DNA of 64,000 nt, taken from the IMG/VR virus record IMGVR_UViG_3300025276_000028. One strand, given 5' to 3'. The notes beneath the pieces are model-generated. The model made no database searches, was not told where the DNA came from, and saw only the letters and a list, made by a program, of their open reading frames with translations. Each line of letters starts with the position of its first letter. The first letter of the stretch is position 1. The translations under genes were made by a program, and so were the position numbers. Origin of the DNA: an uncultured virus (IMG/VR IMGVR_UViG_3300025276_000028) (Duplodnaviria > Heunggongvirae > Uroviricota > Caudoviricetes). Shown here in pieces: positions 19,998-29,734 of the stretch.

Positions 19998-21047
19998 TTG
20001 AAGATAGCAATCCTTAATGATACACACTGTGGAATTCGCAACTCCTCAGATGTGTTTCTTAAATACCAAGAAACGTTCTATTCGGACGTTTTCTTCCCTT
20101 ACTGTATCAAACACAATATCAAACAGGTATTACACCTTGGTGATTATTACGATCATCGCAAGTTTGTTAATTTCAAAGCGTTAAACCATAATAGAGAAAT
20201 CTTCCTTGATCCATTAAAGAAGAATGGCATGATGATGGATATTATTCCTGGCAACCATGACGTCTATTATAAGAACACAAACGAACTAAATTCATTGAAG
20301 GAACTCTTAGGGTATTACATTAATAATGTTAATATCGTTATGAAACCGACTGTGATGAAATATGGTTCTTTGCGTATGGCACTTGTTCCATGGATTAACA
20401 GTCAAAACTATGTTGAATATACTAAATGGATTAAGTCATGTAAGGCTAAAGTCATTGGTGCTCATCTAGAATTGAATAACTTTGAGATGATGAGAGGTGT
20501 AAAGAGTCACACTGGTATGAATGCTAATCTATTCAGCCATTTCGATACCGTGTTATCTGGTCATTATCATACTAAATCATCTACGGATAATATTCATTAC
20601 CTAGGTTCTCAGATGGAATTCTATTGGAATGACGCAGATGATCCTAAGTACTTCCACATATTAGACACCGAAACTCTTGAACTTACTCCTGTATTGAATC
20701 CACATAGAATGTTCCATAAGCTAGAGTGGAATAACGGATGTGATGCAGACCTTAGTGTTATCACTGATAAATTCGTTAAAATCATCGTCTCTGAGAAGAG
20801 TGATGCATACCTATTCGATAAGTTTGTAGACGAAGTTAATTCATATAATCCACATGAGTTAAAGATTGCAGAAACATTCGATGAATTCATGGGTGAAAAT
20901 GTCGATGATGAAAGTGTATCTGTTGAAGATACTTCTACCCTACTCAATGATTATGTTGATGCGGTTGATACTGAATTGAATAAAGATCGTATTAAAGGTA
21001 TTATAAAAACTTTATATACCGAAGCTTCAAATATGGAAATTACATGA
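19998..21047 (+). CDS. gp47: Mre11-like recombination nuclease gp47
   Basis: DTH, HLGD..D, GNHD, GHYH metallophosphoesterase motifs; TTG start with GAGG RBS. Confidence 0.93.
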   Translation: MKIAILNDTHCGIRNSSDVFLKYQETFYSDVFFPYCIKHNIKQVLHLGDYYDHRKFVNFKALNHNREIFLDPLKKNGMMMDIIPGNHDVYYKNTNELNSLKELLGYYINNVNIVMKPTVMKYGSLRMALVPWINSQNYVEYTKWIKSCKAKVIGAHLELNNFEMMRGVKSHTGMNANLFSHFDTVLSGHYHTKSSTDNIHYLGSQMEFYWNDADDPKYFHILDTETLELTPVLNPHRMFHKLEWNNGCDADLSVITDKFVKIIVSEKSDAYLFDKFVDEVNSYNPHELKIAETFDEFMGENVDDESVSVEDTSTLLNDYVDAVDTELNKDRIKGIIKTLYTEASNMEIT

Positions 21048-22759
21048 TAACGTTTAAGTCTATAGAATACCGCAATTTTCTATCAACTGGTGATACACCT
21101 ACACTAATTCAATTGGACCGTAGTCCTACGACTCTTATTGTCGGTGCAAATGGTGCAGGTAAGTCTACTATCTTAGATGCAATTTCTTTTGCATTGTTTG
21201 GTAAACCACATCGTGATATTAATAAGCCAGCATTGCTTAACTCTATTAATATGAAGAACTGTGAGGTTACGGTTAAGTTCGATATCGGTAATCATAAGTT
21301 TGAGATTAAACGTGGTATTAAGCCAGGTATCTTTGAGATATGGCAGAATGGCCATATGATTAATCAGAGCTCAACCACTCGTGACTATCAGAAGTATTTA
21401 GAACAGAATATTCTAAAGCTTAACCATAAGTCTTTCCATCAGATTGTAGTATTAGGATCATCTTCCTTTGTACCGTTTATGCAGCTTAAATCTTCGTATC
21501 GGCGTGAAGTAATTGAAGACTTGTTAGACATCAATATATTCTCTAAAATGAATGGATTACTTAAAGAGAACTCAGCACGTATTAAGGAAGACTATAAGTC
21601 TATCACTCAAGAGATTACTCTTCAGTCCTCAAAGATTGATATGCAGTCAAAGTATATTAAGGATATGGCAAAGGCTTCTGAGAGTATTGCAGAAACTAAA
21701 CGTGAATCTATCACGAAGTTTAAAGGTGACAAGGCAGGATATACGTCTGAAAAGGATAACCTTAATGAATGGTTGGATGAATTTGATACTATCACAGAGT
21801 CAAGCTTAAGCTCTATTTCTGATAGAAAGACTGCTCTAACTATGGATCTGCACACCTTAAATAACGAATTAAAGGTTCTAATGACTGAATCTAAGTTCTA
21901 TTCATCGAACGATGAGTGCCCTTCTTGTACACAGATAATAGATGAATCATTGCGTAAGTCTAAAATATCTGATATTAGTAACAACGCTAAATCAAGGATA
22001 ACCACTAAGAATACACTTGAGACTGAATTCAGTGAGGTATTGAATACCATTGAAACTATTAGCGATAAGCTAAAAAAGAAGCGTGACATAAAGATGACAC
22101 TCAAACTTACCGAAGCTAATATCGCCAATGTCGATGCTAATATTGCAACGCTTGAATCAGAAATCCTTAATAGTACTGCAAGTAATAGCGACATTGAAAA
22201 GGCTAAGCTTGAACTAAATGAATTGCAAGAGACTAAGTTACAACTTTCAGATCGTAAGTATCAGATCAACGAAGAGATTTCATATGCTATCGTCATCGCA
22301 GAAATGCTAAAGGACACAGGCATTAAGACTAAGGTAATTAAAGAATACTTGCCTGTAATGAATAAGTTAATCAATAGTTACCTACAGATTCTTGACTTTT
22401 TTGTGTCATTTAATCTAGATGAGAACTTTGATGAAAGTATACGTTCACGCCATAGGGATAACTTCTCATATGAATCATTCTCTGAAGGCGAAAAGACACG
22501 TATCGATTTGGCACTAATGTTCACATGGCGTCAAATTGCACGTATGAAGAATTCTACTAACACAAACTTATTGATACTCGATGAGACTTTTGATTCATCC
22601 ATGGATCATGATGGTGTAGAAAATCTAATGAAAATCCTTAATACGTTAGATGAAGGTACCAATGTGTTCGTCATCTCACATAAGGGTGAGATATTAGAGA
22701 GTAAGTTCCGCAGTAAGATCGAATTCATAAAAGATCGCAACTTTAGTAAAATTAAATAA
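21044..22759 (+). CDS. gp46: Rad50-like ATPase gp46
   Basis: GANGAGKST, CPSC zinc hook, FSEGEK signature, LILDETFD, ISH. Confidence 0.95.
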   Translation: MITFKSIEYRNFLSTGDTPTLIQLDRSPTTLIVGANGAGKSTILDAISFALFGKPHRDINKPALLNSINMKNCEVTVKFDIGNHKFEIKRGIKPGIFEIWQNGHMINQSSTTRDYQKYLEQNILKLNHKSFHQIVVLGSSSFVPFMQLKSSYRREVIEDLLDINIFSKMNGLLKENSARIKEDYKSITQEITLQSSKIDMQSKYIKDMAKASESIAETKRESITKFKGDKAGYTSEKDNLNEWLDEFDTITESSLSSISDRKTALTMDLHTLNNELKVLMTESKFYSSNDECPSCTQIIDESLRKSKISDISNNAKSRITTKNTLETEFSEVLNTIETISDKLKKKRDIKMTLKLTEANIANVDANIATLESEILNSTASNSDIEKAKLELNELQETKLQLSDRKYQINEEISYAIVIAEMLKDTGIKTKVIKEYLPVMNKLINSYLQILDFFVSFNLDENFDESIRSRHRDNFSYESFSEGEKTRIDLALMFTWRQIARMKNSTNTNLLILDETFDSSMDHDGVENLMKILNTLDEGTNVFVISHKGEILESKFRSKIEFIKDRNFSKIK

Positions 22760-22767
22760 AAAAAGAG

Positions 22768-22796
22768 TGTACACTTCACTAATATCGTGATATAAT
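22768..22796 (+). promoter_or_regulatory. Early/middle promoter for gp45
   Basis: TGTACA-N17-TATAAT. Confidence 0.75.
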
Positions 22797-22833
22797 AGTA
22801 CCATAATCAAGTTACATTATAAAGGAAGTACCA

Positions 22834-23517
22834 ATGAAATTATCTAGTAAGACTGTATCGATTCTAAAAAACTTTAGTTCGATTAATTCAAACATAGTAT
22901 TCAGCGAAGGCAGCACGGTTAAAACCATGTCAAATGCTAAGAACATTCTTAGCTCTGCAGATATAAGCGAGACCTTTGAAAACGGATTCGGTATCTATGA
23001 TCTGAATGAGTTCTTAAATGTTATCGGTATGTTTGAAGATCCCGAGTTTATCTTTAACGCAGATATGAAGTATGTCACTATTAATCAAGGACGACAGTCC
23101 ATTAAGTACTTCTTCTCTGATACATCCATACTTACTTCTCCGTCCAAAGACATTAAAATGCCTTCGACTGATGTTGAGTTTGTACTAAGTAATGAAGACT
23201 TAAATTCATTACGTAAATCTTCCGCTGTTCTTGGCACTACCGATATTGTAGTTAAAGGTACATCTGGAAGCTCATCGTTGACATTATTATCTACTGATAT
23301 TGCCAACAAAACCGCTAACTCGTATAAACTAGACATTGATTCAGACCTTGAGTATGACAATGACTTTGAGTTAGTATTTAATATTAATAACTTTAAATTC
23401 GTACAAGGAGACTATAAGGTATCCATATCGTCCAAACTAATTTCTAAGTTTGAAAATACCGCTGACCAATTAACATATTGGGTAGCACTTGAAAAATCAT
23501 CTAAATTTAACGTTTAA
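22834..23517 (+). CDS. gp45: Sliding clamp gp45
   Basis: MKLS..T..ILKNFS.IN, FGIYDLNEFL, GDY.V.IS, L.YWVALE. Confidence 0.93.
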   Translation: MKLSSKTVSILKNFSSINSNIVFSEGSTVKTMSNAKNILSSADISETFENGFGIYDLNEFLNVIGMFEDPEFIFNADMKYVTINQGRQSIKYFFSDTSILTSPSKDIKMPSTDVEFVLSNEDLNSLRKSSAVLGTTDIVVKGTSGSSSLTLLSTDIANKTANSYKLDIDSDLEYDNDFELVFNINNFKFVQGDYKVSISSKLISKFENTADQLTYWVALEKSSKFNV

Positions 23518-23529
23518 GAGAACTATATT

Positions 23530-23799
23530 ATGAACAACTTAATTATCCCATCAGCACCTGCAGACCGTCAAGCAATCCGTTCAGCTATGAAAGAAATTTC
23601 TAACTCAATGGTACGTACCGAAGGCGAACGTGATTATATCAAAGAAACAATTGATGACTTATCTGAAAAGTTTGACCTACCTAAAAAGTATCTTAAGAAG
23701 GTTGCATCTGCATATCATAAGCAAAATATTGCTGAGACTACCGAAGCAGCAGAAGAAGTTGAAACATTATACGAAGCTTTATTCTCCGCAGAGGCATAA
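23530..23799 (+). CDS. dsDNA-binding protein, T4 DsbA-like
   Basis: KEIS.SM.R.E.E...IKE....L.EKF.LPK....K....YHKQ.......E....LYE pattern. Confidence 0.65.
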   Translation: MNNLIIPSAPADRQAIRSAMKEISNSMVRTEGERDYIKETIDDLSEKFDLPKKYLKKVASAYHKQNIAETTEAAEEVETLYEALFSAEA

Positions 23800-23807
23800 A
23801 ATAGTTG

Positions 23808-23836
23808 TGTACAAACTGGTGTATCTATGTTATAAT
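23808..23836 (+). promoter_or_regulatory. Early/middle promoter for gp44
   Basis: TGTACA-N17-TATAAT. Confidence 0.75.
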
Positions 23837-23865
23837 AGGTACATCAATATATTATGGAGTAGTGA

Positions 23866-24807
23866 ATGAATAAAAGCGATATGTTATGGGTAGAGAAATA
23901 CCGCCCTCAAACTATTAATGAATGTGTTCTAAGTGAAGATCTATCTCAGACCTTCTCTGAAATCGTAGAGAGTGGCAATGTTCCAAACATGCTTCTTTCA
24001 GGTACTGCAGGTGTAGGTAAGACTACTATTGCTCGTGCCATATGCCACAGTCTAGATCTAGACTATATCATTATCAACGCTTCTGAATCAGGAAACATTG
24101 ATACACTTCGAACGACTATTAAACAATTTGCAAGTACTGTATCACTTCATGGTGGACTAAAGGTTGTCATACTTGATGAAGCAGACTACTTAAATGCTCA
24201 AAGTACTCAACCAGCACTTCGTGGATTCATGGAAGAATTCTCTAATAATTGCCGGTTCATTCTAACATGTAACTTTAAAAACCGTATTATTGCACCACTT
24301 CATTCTCGATGTTCTATATATGAATTCAACACTTCAAAGAAGGCACTTGCATACCTATCTGCATCCTTCATGAAACGTCTTCAACTCATCCTAGTCGAAG
24401 AAAGTGTTATATACGATAAGAAGGTTATCGCTAATCTTATTATGACTCATGCGCCTGATTGGCGTCGTGTTATTAATGAATGTCAACGTTATAGTACCTC
24501 TGGTGCAATTGATGCTGGTATCCTAAGTAACATGTCAGATGATTCATTCTCAGATCTAGTTAAGCATCTAAAAGATAAAGACTTTAATAAGATGCGTAAG
24601 TGGGTTGGCGAGAACTCTGACACTGAACCACATGTTCTATTCCGTAAGATATATGATACTATGACCAGTAAACTTACTGCTAATAGTGTTCCACAAATCA
24701 TTCTAATCCTTGCAGACTATCAGTATAAAAATGCTTTTGTTGCTGATCATGAACTTAATACTGCGGCATGTCTCACAGAGATTATGGCCAATAGTGAATG
24801 GAAATGA
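23866..24807 (+). CDS. gp44: Clamp loader large subunit gp44
   Basis: LWVEKYRP, GTAGVGKTT, ILDEAD, LHSRC. Confidence 0.95.
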   Translation: MNKSDMLWVEKYRPQTINECVLSEDLSQTFSEIVESGNVPNMLLSGTAGVGKTTIARAICHSLDLDYIIINASESGNIDTLRTTIKQFASTVSLHGGLKVVILDEADYLNAQSTQPALRGFMEEFSNNCRFILTCNFKNRIIAPLHSRCSIYEFNTSKKALAYLSASFMKRLQLILVEESVIYDKKVIANLIMTHAPDWRRVINECQRYSTSGAIDAGILSNMSDDSFSDLVKHLKDKDFNKMRKWVGENSDTEPHVLFRKIYDTMTSKLTANSVPQIILILADYQYKNAFVADHELNTAACLTEIMANSEWK

Positions 24808-25394
24808 ATAATTCATTGATTTACGACTATGAGACTCTTGGACAAGACGTAATTAATTGTCCGGTATTATCGATGGCTGCATTCGCTTTTGATACTAATC
24901 GTTTTATTAGTAAGCCATATACCCTAAGTGAGATTGTGGACGGATCCACATACGTTAAGTTTGACGTCAACGAGCAGGTCAAAGTATTTAAGCGTGTGAT
25001 TGAATCTTCTACCATTGATTGGTGGATGCTACAATCTAAAGAGGCACAAAGGTCTCAATTAAAAGCTTATAAGACTGATGTTTCTATAAGTGAAATGCCT
25101 GATGTTTTAGAAAGCATATATACTGAAGGTGCTAGTGTTTATACTCGTGGCAATACTTTTGATCCTATTATTACTGAAACAATGTGTAAAGCCATGGGTA
25201 AACCTTCACCTTATCCATGGTGGTCAATCAGAGATACTCGTTCAATGATTGACGGACTATCATATGGCAGTAAAATGTCTAATAGTTTTATGCCTGAGCC
25301 TGTTGAGTATAAAGACGTAGTGTTACATGACCCGCGTTATGATATCGCATTAGATATTTTAAGGCTTCAAGTATTAATTCAAGCAATTTCATAG
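24804..25394 (+). CDS. DEDD 3'-5' exonuclease, DexA-like
   Basis: DYETLG, STIDWW..QS.EA, RGNTFD, W..RDTRS, H.P..D motifs. Confidence 0.75.
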   Translation: MNNSLIYDYETLGQDVINCPVLSMAAFAFDTNRFISKPYTLSEIVDGSTYVKFDVNEQVKVFKRVIESSTIDWWMLQSKEAQRSQLKAYKTDVSISEMPDVLESIYTEGASVYTRGNTFDPIITETMCKAMGKPSPYPWWSIRDTRSMIDGLSYGSKMSNSFMPEPVEYKDVVLHDPRYDIALDILRLQVLIQAIS

Positions 25395-25403
25395 GAGTAT
25401 TGT

Positions 25404-25646
25404 ATGCAGGACAATAACGGCATAGAGCAAACAGGCACAATAATATCAGAATATTTTGGTTTATTCGGTCAAGTTGCACAAGTTAAGGTACAGTCTGGTG
25501 GTAATTATTACATCGATTATCGTGATTCAAGCCATCGTATTCTTAAGCGTGTGGTTCATCCGGACATGAGTGTCAGCCAAGTCGAAAACATTGCTGAAGA
25601 TTGGTCCCTGGCTCAAGGCCGTTCAGCACAATTGCTTAACGAGTAG
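25404..25646 (+). CDS. Hypothetical protein
   Basis: AGGAG RBS, in operon. Confidence 0.55.
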   Translation: MQDNNGIEQTGTIISEYFGLFGQVAQVKVQSGGNYYIDYRDSSHRILKRVVHPDMSVSQVENIAEDWSLAQGRSAQLLNE

Positions 25647-25649
25647 AAT

Positions 25650-26027
25650 ATGAATCCTTTTGATTATGTAAATGCAGTGAACTATACCAAAGCAGATATA
25701 ATGGTAGATGACCTTGCAGAGAAAGATTATGTACCGTTTATGGTTAATCGGTCCTTGTCTTACTTCAATGATACCGTTCTTATTGCCAATGAGATGAATG
25801 TCCATCATAATATCGACCACCGGCTTCAGTTTGATTTTTGTATAAATATGATTAGAAAGCGGAAACGTTTTTCTAAATGGCACAAAGCTTCTTCTAGCAA
25901 AGACATAGACTTATTAAAAAATGCCTATGGCTATAACAATGCTCGAGCGGAAGAAGCTTTAAATATATTAAACAAAGATCAATTGAGTATATTGAAAGAT
26001 AGGATGAATCAAGGTGGAAAACAATAA
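25650..26027 (+). CDS. gp62: Clamp loader small subunit gp62
   Basis: Y.PFMVNRSLSYF.DT...ANEMN, Q.DF..N.IRKRKRFSKW; contains an internal TATAAATA at 25841. Confidence 0.92.
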   Translation: MNPFDYVNAVNYTKADIMVDDLAEKDYVPFMVNRSLSYFNDTVLIANEMNVHHNIDHRLQFDFCINMIRKRKRFSKWHKASSSKDIDLLKNAYGYNNARAEEALNILNKDQLSILKDRMNQGGKQ

Positions 26028-26433
26028 TAATGTTGAACATATAGAATGGACTCCGGCACACATGTTGGAGATAACGCTTAATGAACCAGACGATTTTTTA
26101 AAGGTAAAAGAGACATTGACACGGATAGGTGTAGCATCTTCCATGGATAAGAAATTATTCCAGTCATGTCATATATTACATAAACAAGGAAGGTACTTTA
26201 TAGTGCATTTCAAGGAATTGTTTTTATTGGATGGTAAGGGATCAAACTTAAATAGCAACGATTTAGAAAGACGTAATACTATTACTACTCTATTAGCTGA
26301 TTGGGGTTTACTAGATATTGTTGATACTAGTCAAACACTAAGTACTGCGCCGTTAAAGCAAATTAAAATTATCTCATATAAAGAGAAATCTGAATGGGAA
26401 CTTTGTCCAAAGTATAATATAGGCTCCAATTAA
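26014..26433 (+). CDS. regA: Translational repressor RegA
   Basis: PDDFLKVKETLTRIGVAS, QSCHILHKQGRYFIVHFKELF, W.L.PKYNIG. Confidence 0.96.
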   Translation: MENNNNVEHIEWTPAHMLEITLNEPDDFLKVKETLTRIGVASSMDKKLFQSCHILHKQGRYFIVHFKELFLLDGKGSNLNSNDLERRNTITTLLADWGLLDIVDTSQTLSTAPLKQIKIISYKEKSEWELCPKYNIGSN

Positions 26434-26434
26434 A

Positions 26435-27121
26435 ATGAATACATTTAAAGATTACTTAGATATTACCGAAGGTGTAAATGATCCTGCTATTTTTAAAGCA
26501 GTGTTTTTGGCTGGCGGTCCTGGCTCTGGTAAATCTTTTATTGTAGGCAAAACCGGATTAACTGCCCTTGGGTTTAAGATAGTGAATTCCGATGATGCAT
26601 TTGAAGCTGCTATGACAAAGGCTGGAATGGAAACAACTCCAGATAATATCTTCTCAGTGCAAGGCCAAGAGATCCGTAATAAAGCTAAAGCTCTTACAGG
26701 TACAAAGCAGCAGCGATATATTCAAGGACGGCTTGGTCTTGTTATTGATGGTACTGGCAAGGATGTAGGTAAACTTAAACTTCAAGCTAAATCATTGAAA
26801 AAGCTTGGATATGATGTTGCCATGATCTTTGTCAATACTGACCTTGAGACTGCACAAGATCGTAATATGAAGCGGGCACGTACATTACCGCCTGCAGAGG
26901 TAGAACAATATTGGACTACGGTTCAAAAGAATATTGGTGCTTTCCAGACCTTGTTTGGAAAGAAGAGGTTCATAGTCGTGGATAATTCTGAAGGTAAGGA
27001 TTATGCAAAAGAGACTACTCGAGCATATAGAGAGATGGCTAAATTTTCAAAAGCAAAGCCTGAAAACAAAACCGCAATTAATTGGATTAAATCCGAAATT
27101 AAGTCTAAGTCCGATACATAA
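26435..27121 (+). CDS. P-loop kinase (zeta-toxin/AAA_33-like)
   Basis: KAVFLAGGPGSGKS, VNSDD, VIDGTG, RN..RAR. Confidence 0.7.
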   Translation: MNTFKDYLDITEGVNDPAIFKAVFLAGGPGSGKSFIVGKTGLTALGFKIVNSDDAFEAAMTKAGMETTPDNIFSVQGQEIRNKAKALTGTKQQRYIQGRLGLVIDGTGKDVGKLKLQAKSLKKLGYDVAMIFVNTDLETAQDRNMKRARTLPPAEVEQYWTTVQKNIGAFQTLFGKKRFIVVDNSEGKDYAKETTRAYREMAKFSKAKPENKTAINWIKSEIKSKSDT

Positions 27122-27125
27122 GTCA

Positions 27126-27197
27126 TATAAATAGATTCCGTGGTGCAGAACACTCTGGCCACATAATTTACCTTGCTTAATTGGAGGCAACAATATG
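27126..27197 (+). promoter_or_regulatory. Late promoter plus ROSE-like RNA thermometer leader of hsp20
   Basis: TATAAATA at 27126; hairpin 27140-27162; CCTTGCTT able to pair with the GGAGG Shine-Dalgarno. Confidence 0.55.
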
Positions 27198-27653
27198 ACT
27201 AATACGTCAAGATTACAGTACCCACGCGCCGGCTTTATCGGATTCGATCATCTATTCAATGAATTAGAACGAGTTCATTCTAAAGCCAATACAGGTTATC
27301 CACCTCACAACGTTATTAAAGAATCAGAAACCGAATTTAAAATTCAAGTTGCGGTTGCTGGCTTTAAAGAATCTCAGCTTGATATTGAAGTAAAAGACGG
27401 ATTCTTAAATATTAGTGGGGATTCGGTAGAACCTGAAGAAGGTGTAGTAGACTACATTCATAAAGGTATTAGCTCTAAAAGATTCTCACGAACTTTCCGT
27501 CTATCGGAACACGTTGAGGTCACTGGAGCAGAACTTCAGGATGGCATACTTGTAATTAATTTAGAGTATGTAATACCCGAGGAATTGCGTCCCCGTAAAG
27601 TAACAATTAACGGAGGACAGTTTGACCATGCAGGATTTAATAAGAAAAATTAA
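27195..27653 (+). CDS. hsp20: Small heat shock protein (IbpA/Hsp20)
   Basis: FIGFD.LF, YPPHN, AVAGF, YIHKGIS.KRF.RTF.L, A.L.DGIL.I.L...IPEE..PR. Confidence 0.93.
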   Translation: MTNTSRLQYPRAGFIGFDHLFNELERVHSKANTGYPPHNVIKESETEFKIQVAVAGFKESQLDIEVKDGFLNISGDSVEPEEGVVDYIHKGISSKRFSRTFRLSEHVEVTGAELQDGILVINLEYVIPEELRPRKVTINGGQFDHAGFNKKN

Positions 27654-27876
27654 GATAGCAATAAAGAATAGACTTCGCGAAACTCAAGCAAGGAACGCTC
27701 GCGAGATGGAGTACCAGAAATTTCTTAGAGTAGCAGATATGATGACGGCAGAATGGCCATCAGGAACATCACCTCACTTTATAGCGTATAAGTTATTACG
27801 TTCTAAAGAGGAACTACCTATAATTCCTGAGATACGTTCTAAAGATCAGCAATTAGATAATCGTAAGTATATTTAA
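27628..27876 (+). CDS. Hypothetical protein
   Basis: GGAGG RBS upstream; overlaps hsp20 end; followed by a terminator. Confidence 0.5.
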   Translation: MQDLIRKIKIAIKNRLRETQARNAREMEYQKFLRVADMMTAEWPSGTSPHFIAYKLLRSKEELPIIPEIRSKDQQLDNRKYI

Positions 27877-27885
27877 TCTTTAACT

Positions 27886-27908
27886 AAAGGACCTTCGGGT
27901 CCTTTTTT
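27886..27908 (+). terminator. Rho-independent terminator with cUUCGg tetraloop
   Basis: AAAGGACC-TTCG-GGTCCTTTTTT. Confidence 0.9.
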
Positions 27909-27919
27909 CGTTATTGCGT

Positions 27920-28080
27920 TATAAATAGAGGTGTACAAACGCCTTAATCTGTGATATAATAACTAATACAAATACATAGGAGCAAATGTTTAATGTGGTC
28001 AAGTGAAGACTATGAAGAATAATCATATAACAAAATGATATAAAAAAAGTGTGTACAACAGTATGAATACGTGATATAAT
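27920..28080 (+). promoter_or_regulatory. Promoter cluster: one late and two early-type promoters
   Basis: TATAAATA at 27920; TGTACA-N17-TATAAT at 27932-27960 and 28052-28080. Confidence 0.75.
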
Positions 28081-28131
28081 ACTTATATTGAATCAAACAA
28101 CGTTAGAGAATATATTATGAATTATGCAAAT
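28072..28131 (+). repeat. 60-bp promoter/RBS/start cassette, copy 1
   Basis: 59/60 identical to 32181-32240. Confidence 0.9.
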
Positions 28132-28374
28132 GCTGAAATGAAGGTTGGTATGATTATTAAAGCTAAAGACTTTGCTCATCGAGATACTGATTACATCATT
28201 GGTGAGGTTGTATATGTTAATCAAGGTGGCGAAATTCAAGGTATTATTCAGAAGCGTGTTATAGACAGCGTCGATGTTACAGCTGATTGGATTGATCAGC
28301 GCTTTGGTACTGTACAGAATGGTGTTTCAACAATGGATCAAGATGATGAGCCTCGCTTATCTATGGTGAGTTAA
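28117..28374 (+). CDS. Hypothetical early protein, paralogue of 33994-34245
   Basis: Shared VG..IKA.DF....D.YI.G.V...G.I.KRVID..DVT...F.T.QNG. Confidence 0.7.
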   Translation: MNYANAEMKVGMIIKAKDFAHRDTDYIIGEVVYVNQGGEIQGIIQKRVIDSVDVTADWIDQRFGTVQNGVSTMDQDDEPRLSMVS

Positions 28375-28393
28375 GAAATAAAGGATGTAAATT

Positions 28394-28663
28394 ATGGATG
28401 CAACAATGAATTCGGCTTATAGTAAATTATTTTCAATGGGTGTTCCAGTGTATCGTTCATCTAATATAGATTTAAATAAGTTTCATATCAATGGCGATAC
28501 ATCACTTAGCGATGAGATTTGGGCAGACTATTATCTTTTTGGACCTCATGCTAATAAGAATTATACCTTTGGTGTTCATAACGAGATCATAAAAGTTCTG
28601 CAAGATCTCGGTTTATTTGCAGAGTGGAGTAATTCAGAGCAGTTAAATGTCAACTATATTTAG
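28394..28663 (+). CDS. Hypothetical early protein
   Basis: AAGGA RBS, in operon. Confidence 0.6.
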   Translation: MDATMNSAYSKLFSMGVPVYRSSNIDLNKFHINGDTSLSDEIWADYYLFGPHANKNYTFGVHNEIIKVLQDLGLFAEWSNSEQLNVNYI

Positions 28664-28672
28664 GTAAAAATT

Positions 28673-28870
28673 ATGAATGATATGTATCGCGATCAAGTTA
28701 AGTTTGAAAACCAATTGATGTCAACATGGCAAGTGACAGAAGATATTAAAGTGTTTGGAGATATGTTAAGTAATGGATCCCTAACACCAGAAGCTCTTAA
28801 GGGAATGGCCGAATTATACGACCATAAATTTAATGAACTGTACCAATATTTCGAAGCTTCGGTTAAATAA
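28673..28870 (+). CDS. Hypothetical protein
   Basis: In operon, plausible RBS. Confidence 0.55.
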   Translation: MNDMYRDQVKFENQLMSTWQVTEDIKVFGDMLSNGSLTPEALKGMAELYDHKFNELYQYFEASVK

Positions 28871-28975
28871 AATTTAGGAGTTGGCTCTTTTCCGCCATCA
28901 CTTAGATAAATACAAATATACCTGCCGTTAGAAATTTGTATTACTTATCGGTTAAACGGACATGAGGACATTATT

Positions 28976-29134
28976 ATGATTATAGTACACGTTATTAAAG
29001 ATGCCCGTCATCAAATGACTAAATGGTTTAATAAAGAAGCCGTCCATGATTTAATAGTGTTTGTTAGATCTATTCCGGAGGGTTCAGAATTCATCATGTG
29101 TGATGAACACAACTATCCTATGGAGGACGCATAA
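28976..29134 (+). CDS. Small hypothetical protein (about 52 aa, not in ORF track)
   Basis: GAGGA RBS, MIIVHVIKDARHQ...PMEDA; TAATG coupling to the next gene. Confidence 0.5.
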   Translation: MIIVHVIKDARHQMTKWFNKEAVHDLIVFVRSIPEGSEFIMCDEHNYPMEDA

Positions 29135-29592
29135 TGCAGTTAAGCGAAAACTTTAGTATTGGAGAATATAGCAGATCCGATACAGCAAACCGACTAGATC
29201 TTGATAATGAACCGAGTGATTCTCATTTAGAGAACGCTATCAATTTATTTGAAAACGTTATTCAGCCCGTTAGGGATGAGTTCGGTCCCACACGAATTAC
29301 TTCAGGATATCGCAGTCAAGCATTGAATGAAGCTATTGGCGGAAGCGCAACATCACAGCATAGTAAAGGTCAAGCATGTGACTTTGAATGTGATGGCACA
29401 GATAACAAAGAAGTTGTTGAATGGATTATCGACAACCTAGATTTCGATCAGTTGATCCTTGAGTTTTATGACGAATCAGATCCTAATTCTGGTTGGATCC
29501 ATTGCAGTTTTAAGGATGAAGAATCAAACCGTAACCAAGTACTTCGAGCGCTAAAACGCGATGGTCGTACAGTATATGAGCATGGATTATGA
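29134..29592 (+). CDS. Peptidase M15A family zinc peptidase, probable endolysin
   Basis: MQLSENFS..E...S.TA.R, ITSGYRS..LN.AIGGS.TSQH.KGQA.D, GWIH. Confidence 0.85.
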   Translation: MQLSENFSIGEYSRSDTANRLDLDNEPSDSHLENAINLFENVIQPVRDEFGPTRITSGYRSQALNEAIGGSATSQHSKGQACDFECDGTDNKEVVEWIIDNLDFDQLILEFYDESDPNSGWIHCSFKDEESNRNQVLRALKRDGRTVYEHGL

Positions 29593-29734
29593 TAGGCAAA
29601 TTTAAACCCGCATTTCAAACCAAAACTGAAGTTCACATGATTGATCTAAGTTCGACTACAAAAAGATCACAATGGAATAAAATGAAGTTAAAGTTAAAAT
29701 TATACCTAATGAAGGTATTAAGTTAATAGCTACA

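Noticed and set aside
26435..27121. Zeta toxin-antitoxin module or the missing hmU DNA kinase
   Set aside because: No antitoxin neighbour, and it lies far from the modification cluster; substrate cannot be assigned
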